Assembly: GCA_963718525.1 (NCBI GenBank)
Contig: OY970355.1
Coordinates: 480,001 to 544,000 of the forward strand
DNA length: 64,000 bases
Reading direction: 5' to 3'
Source of the DNA: Candidatus Dormiibacterota bacterium
Lineage (GTDB): Bacteria > Chloroflexota > Dormibacteria > Aeolococcales > Aeolococcaceae
The notes beneath the pieces were generated by a model. The model did no database searches. It worked only from the letters and a program-made list of their open reading frames with translations, and was not told the DNA's origin. Positions 61,445-64,000 of this stretch are shown piece after piece. A program made the translations under genes and the position numbers. Position 1 is the stretch's first letter. The number at the start of each line of letters is the position of its first letter.

Positions 61445-62959
61445 TTGTCTGTGCCACCCACTGCCACACTTGTCGCCCCGCCCACCCAGGTCACCCCGCG
61501 CCGGACCCGCCGGGGCCTGGTGCTCGGGATCATCCTGGCCGTCCAGCTGATGGTCGTCCTCGACGCCACCATCGTGAACATCGCGCTCCCCGACATCGCC
61601 GGGGCGCTCCACTTCTCGCCGGCGAACCTGTCGTGGGTGATCACCGCCTACACACTCGCCTTCGGGGGCTTCCTGCTCCTCGGAGCGCGGGCAGGCGATC
61701 TGCTCGGACGCCGCCGCGTGTTCATCGCGGGCATCGCGCTCTTCACCCTCGCCTCGTTCCTCGGCGGCGTGGCTCCCTGGAGTGGCTGGCTGCTGGCGGC
61801 TCGTGCGCTGCAGGGCATCGGCGGTGCACTTGCGGCGCCATCGGCGCTCGCCCTCCTCATGACCATGTTCCAGGACGGCCAGGAGCGCGTCCGCGCGATC
61901 GGCTGGTACACCGCCGTGTCCATCGGCGGCGGGGCGATCGGTCTCATCCTCGGCGGCCTGCTGGTGCAGTGGGCGTCATGGCGGTGGGTGCTGTTCGTCA
62001 ACGTGCCGATCGGCATCGTCGTGGTCGCGCTCGCACGCCGGCTGCTCACGGAGACCCCCGGACGCAACGGTCACTTCGACGTGCGCGGTGCGGTCACGTC
62101 GACAATCGGCGTCACCTCGCTCGCGTACGGGTTCGTGCGTGCCGCGACTTCGGGATGGGGCGACACGATCACCATCGCCGCGTTCGCGCTGGGCGTCGCG
62201 TTGCTGGCAGGTTTCGTGCTCCTCGAGAGGCGTGCCCCTGAGCCGATCACGCCACTGCGGCTCTTTGCTGATCGCAGCCGCAGCGCGTCGTACGTCGCGC
62301 GTCTCTTCCTCACCGCTGGAATGTTCGGGATGTTCTTCTTCCTGACCCAGTTCCTTCAGGAGGTGCTGCACTACAGCCCCATTGAGGCGGGTCTGGCATT
62401 CCTGCCCTTCACCGTCGCGCTGTTCGCGATGTCGCAACTGAGCGCCCGACGGCTCGTGCAGCGCTTCGGCGCCAAGGCAGTGATGGTGTTCGGGTTCACT
62501 GTGTCGACCGCCGGGATGCTCCTGCTGATTTCGCTCTCCGCATCCAGCGGCTATGTATCGTTGCTTGCGCCGCTGATGCTCTTCGGTGCCGGCAACGGGC
62601 TCGCGTTTGTGCCATTGACGTCGACATCGTTGAGCGGCGTGCGCCAGGATGAGGCAGGCGCCGCGTCGGGGCTGGTCAACGTGATGCAGCAGCTCGGCGG
62701 AGCACTCGAACTCGCGGTCCTGGTATCAGTATTCGGCACCGCTGCGCGTGGCGTGGCGGGCCAATCGGTGGTGGCGGCGCAACGTGCGTTCGTGGTTGGA
62801 GCCGACCACGCTTTCATCGCAGCCACGCTCTTCGTGGGTGCGACGGTTGCCGTTCTGGTTGTGGCGATTCGCGGGCGTCGTGCAGCCGCCCGCGCCGCAG
62901 CCGTGCCCGCCTGGGTCCGCGATATCGATGCATCGACGGCGGCTACGGTTGAGGCGTGA
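61445..62959 (+). CDS. MFS drug:H+ antiporter (DHA2 family)
   Basis: LMVVLDATIVNIALP, GARAGDLLGRRR, WRWVLFVNVPIG; GGAGG RBS before TTG. Confidence 0.92.
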   Translation: MSVPPTATLVAPPTQVTPRRTRRGLVLGIILAVQLMVVLDATIVNIALPDIAGALHFSPANLSWVITAYTLAFGGFLLLGARAGDLLGRRRVFIAGIALFTLASFLGGVAPWSGWLLAARALQGIGGALAAPSALALLMTMFQDGQERVRAIGWYTAVSIGGGAIGLILGGLLVQWASWRWVLFVNVPIGIVVVALARRLLTETPGRNGHFDVRGAVTSTIGVTSLAYGFVRAATSGWGDTITIAAFALGVALLAGFVLLERRAPEPITPLRLFADRSRSASYVARLFLTAGMFGMFFFLTQFLQEVLHYSPIEAGLAFLPFTVALFAMSQLSARRLVQRFGAKAVMVFGFTVSTAGMLLLISLSASSGYVSLLAPLMLFGAGNGLAFVPLTSTSLSGVRQDEAGAASGLVNVMQQLGGALELAVLVSVFGTAARGVAGQSVVAAQRAFVVGADHAFIAATLFVGATVAVLVVAIRGRRAAARAAAVPAWVRDIDASTAATVEA

Positions 62960-63494
62960 CCGGGTTCGCAAAGATGTTCAGTCGGTAGTACTCGAGCTCC
63001 GCGATCGATTCGCGGATATCGTCAAGCGCTCGATGCGTCTCGCGCTTTGCGGACGCACGGGCGAAGGTATCGGGATACCACCGTCTGCAGAGCTCCTTGA
63101 TGCTCGAGACATCGATCGATCGGTAGTGAAGAAAGTTCTCGATATCGGGAAGATATGTGGCAAGAAAACGCCGGTCTGTGGCGATGGAGTTGCCGCACAG
63201 CGGAATGGATCGAGGCTCGTTGATGTGCGACTGCAGGAACTCGAGCGTCTGCCTCCCGGCCTCTGCAAGTGAGAACGTCGACAACTCGATCGCCGCGAGC
63301 AACCCTGACCGAGTGTGCATCCTCCGCACGACGCTGTCCATGCGCTCGAGTTCCTCAGGCGGCGCGTGCACGACGATGTCAGGCCCTTCGGCGACCAGGT
63401 TGAGTTCATCGTCGGTGATCACGGTGGCGATCTCGACGATCACGTGCCGTGCCGGGTCGAGGCCGGTCATCTCCAGGTCCATCCAGGCGAGCAC
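62943..63494 (-). CDS. orn: oligoribonuclease
   Basis: WMDLEMTGL, MHTRSGL, LCGNSI.TDRRFL, HYRSIDVSSIKEL, HRALDDIRESI.EL. Confidence 0.95.
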   Translation of the reverse strand: MLAWMDLEMTGLDPARHVIVEIATVITDDELNLVAEGPDIVVHAPPEELERMDSVVRRMHTRSGLLAAIELSTFSLAEAGRQTLEFLQSHINEPRSIPLCGNSIATDRRFLATYLPDIENFLHYRSIDVSSIKELCRRWYPDTFARASAKRETHRALDDIRESIAELEYYRLNIFANPVTPQP

Positions 63495-63796
63495 GGCGCG
63501 ATCGTAGCGTGCTGTCGACGAGAGGCTGCGATGCTCAGACCGCTTCGAGGACATCGTCGCGCCGAGCGTTTGGGTCGTTTGGGGCAAAAAGCCGTGTGCG
63601 ATCTGGGGATACCGCCTCGGTCCACCGTCACAAAGACGCAACAGCGGGCCGCTGAGATCGCACTGGTCTCTCACGGCCGTCAACTCCAGCCCCGTCCCAC
63701 GTCACAAAAGGGGACAGGGCATATGACAAAGCCCTTACACGAACACTTTTTCGCCTAGGCTCGCAACATCTTCGCAACCCAGTCTTGAGATCCTTT

Positions 63797-64000
63797 GTGA
63801 GCACAACTCACCCGGCCCGGACCGCCCGACACGCATTGGTGCACCGGCTTCGAACGCCGACGTGCCTTGTGACGGCGGTCGCCATGCTGGTAGCGCTCCT
63901 GCCGACCACGGTGTTCGCCGCGGGATCACCGCTGGAGGCCGAGACGTTCGCCAACAACTCGACCGCGGCGGGCCAGTGGGCGCTGCCCGCCGGGCGCGGT
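63797..64000 (+). CDS. probable secreted protein, N-terminus only (runs off window)
   Basis: Open frame from GTG 63797: basic N-region, hydrophobic core LVTAVAMLVALLP, VFA|AG cleavage-like site. Confidence 0.55.
   Translation, partial: MSTTHPARTARHALVHRLRTPTCLVTAVAMLVALLPTTVFAAGSPLEAETFANNSTAAGQWALPAGRG

Noticed and set aside
63581-63645. GGGCAAA...GACGCAA, resembling a c-di-GMP-I riboswitch
   Set aside because: The spacing is too long, and the GNRA-capped P2 and the downstream P3/receptor are not evident; reported instead as an unknown structured region
63796-63812. TGTGA...TCAC as a CRP site
   Set aside because: The spacer is 7 nt rather than 6, and it overlaps the putative start codon

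Overview
This is a GC-rich bacterial chromosome segment with about 65 densely packed genes. The gene content looks like that of a soil actinomycete or Ca. Dormibacterota, but the lineage is my inference. I found no rRNA, tRNA, CRISPR array, prophage or classical transposase. Recognisable content: part of a phenylacetate (paa)-type CoA cluster, xfp-ackA, a processive GT2, gltBD, a DAHP synthase-chorismate mutase fusion, ftsH, adhP, a DrrAB-type ABC exporter, a three-gene secreted-protein cluster with an S53 protease, a Mo-oxidoreductase/FNR/Cys-rich protein triad, a cold-shock gene, a large STAND/TPR/BTAD regulator, a BNR propeller + MoaD/ThiS pair, several regulator-target pairs, a DUF222-HNH gene and orn. 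Main observations: (1) an AfsR/afsS-like module, where the BTAD regulator is followed by 11-bp-phased heptamers, a -10 box and a 73-aa orphan gene; (2) an aldo-keto reductase-polynucleotide kinase-dead HAD fusion; (3) four apparent +1 frameshifts that can all be repaired at a CGAGT/ACTCG core, suggesting motif- or methylation-linked base-calling errors; (4) a protease-like scaffold with no catalytic domain next to a free S53 protease; (5) an array of ACAA-loop hairpins upstream of a secreted-protein gene; (6) many leaderless promoters. All family calls come from recognising motifs by eye; no database searches were run.
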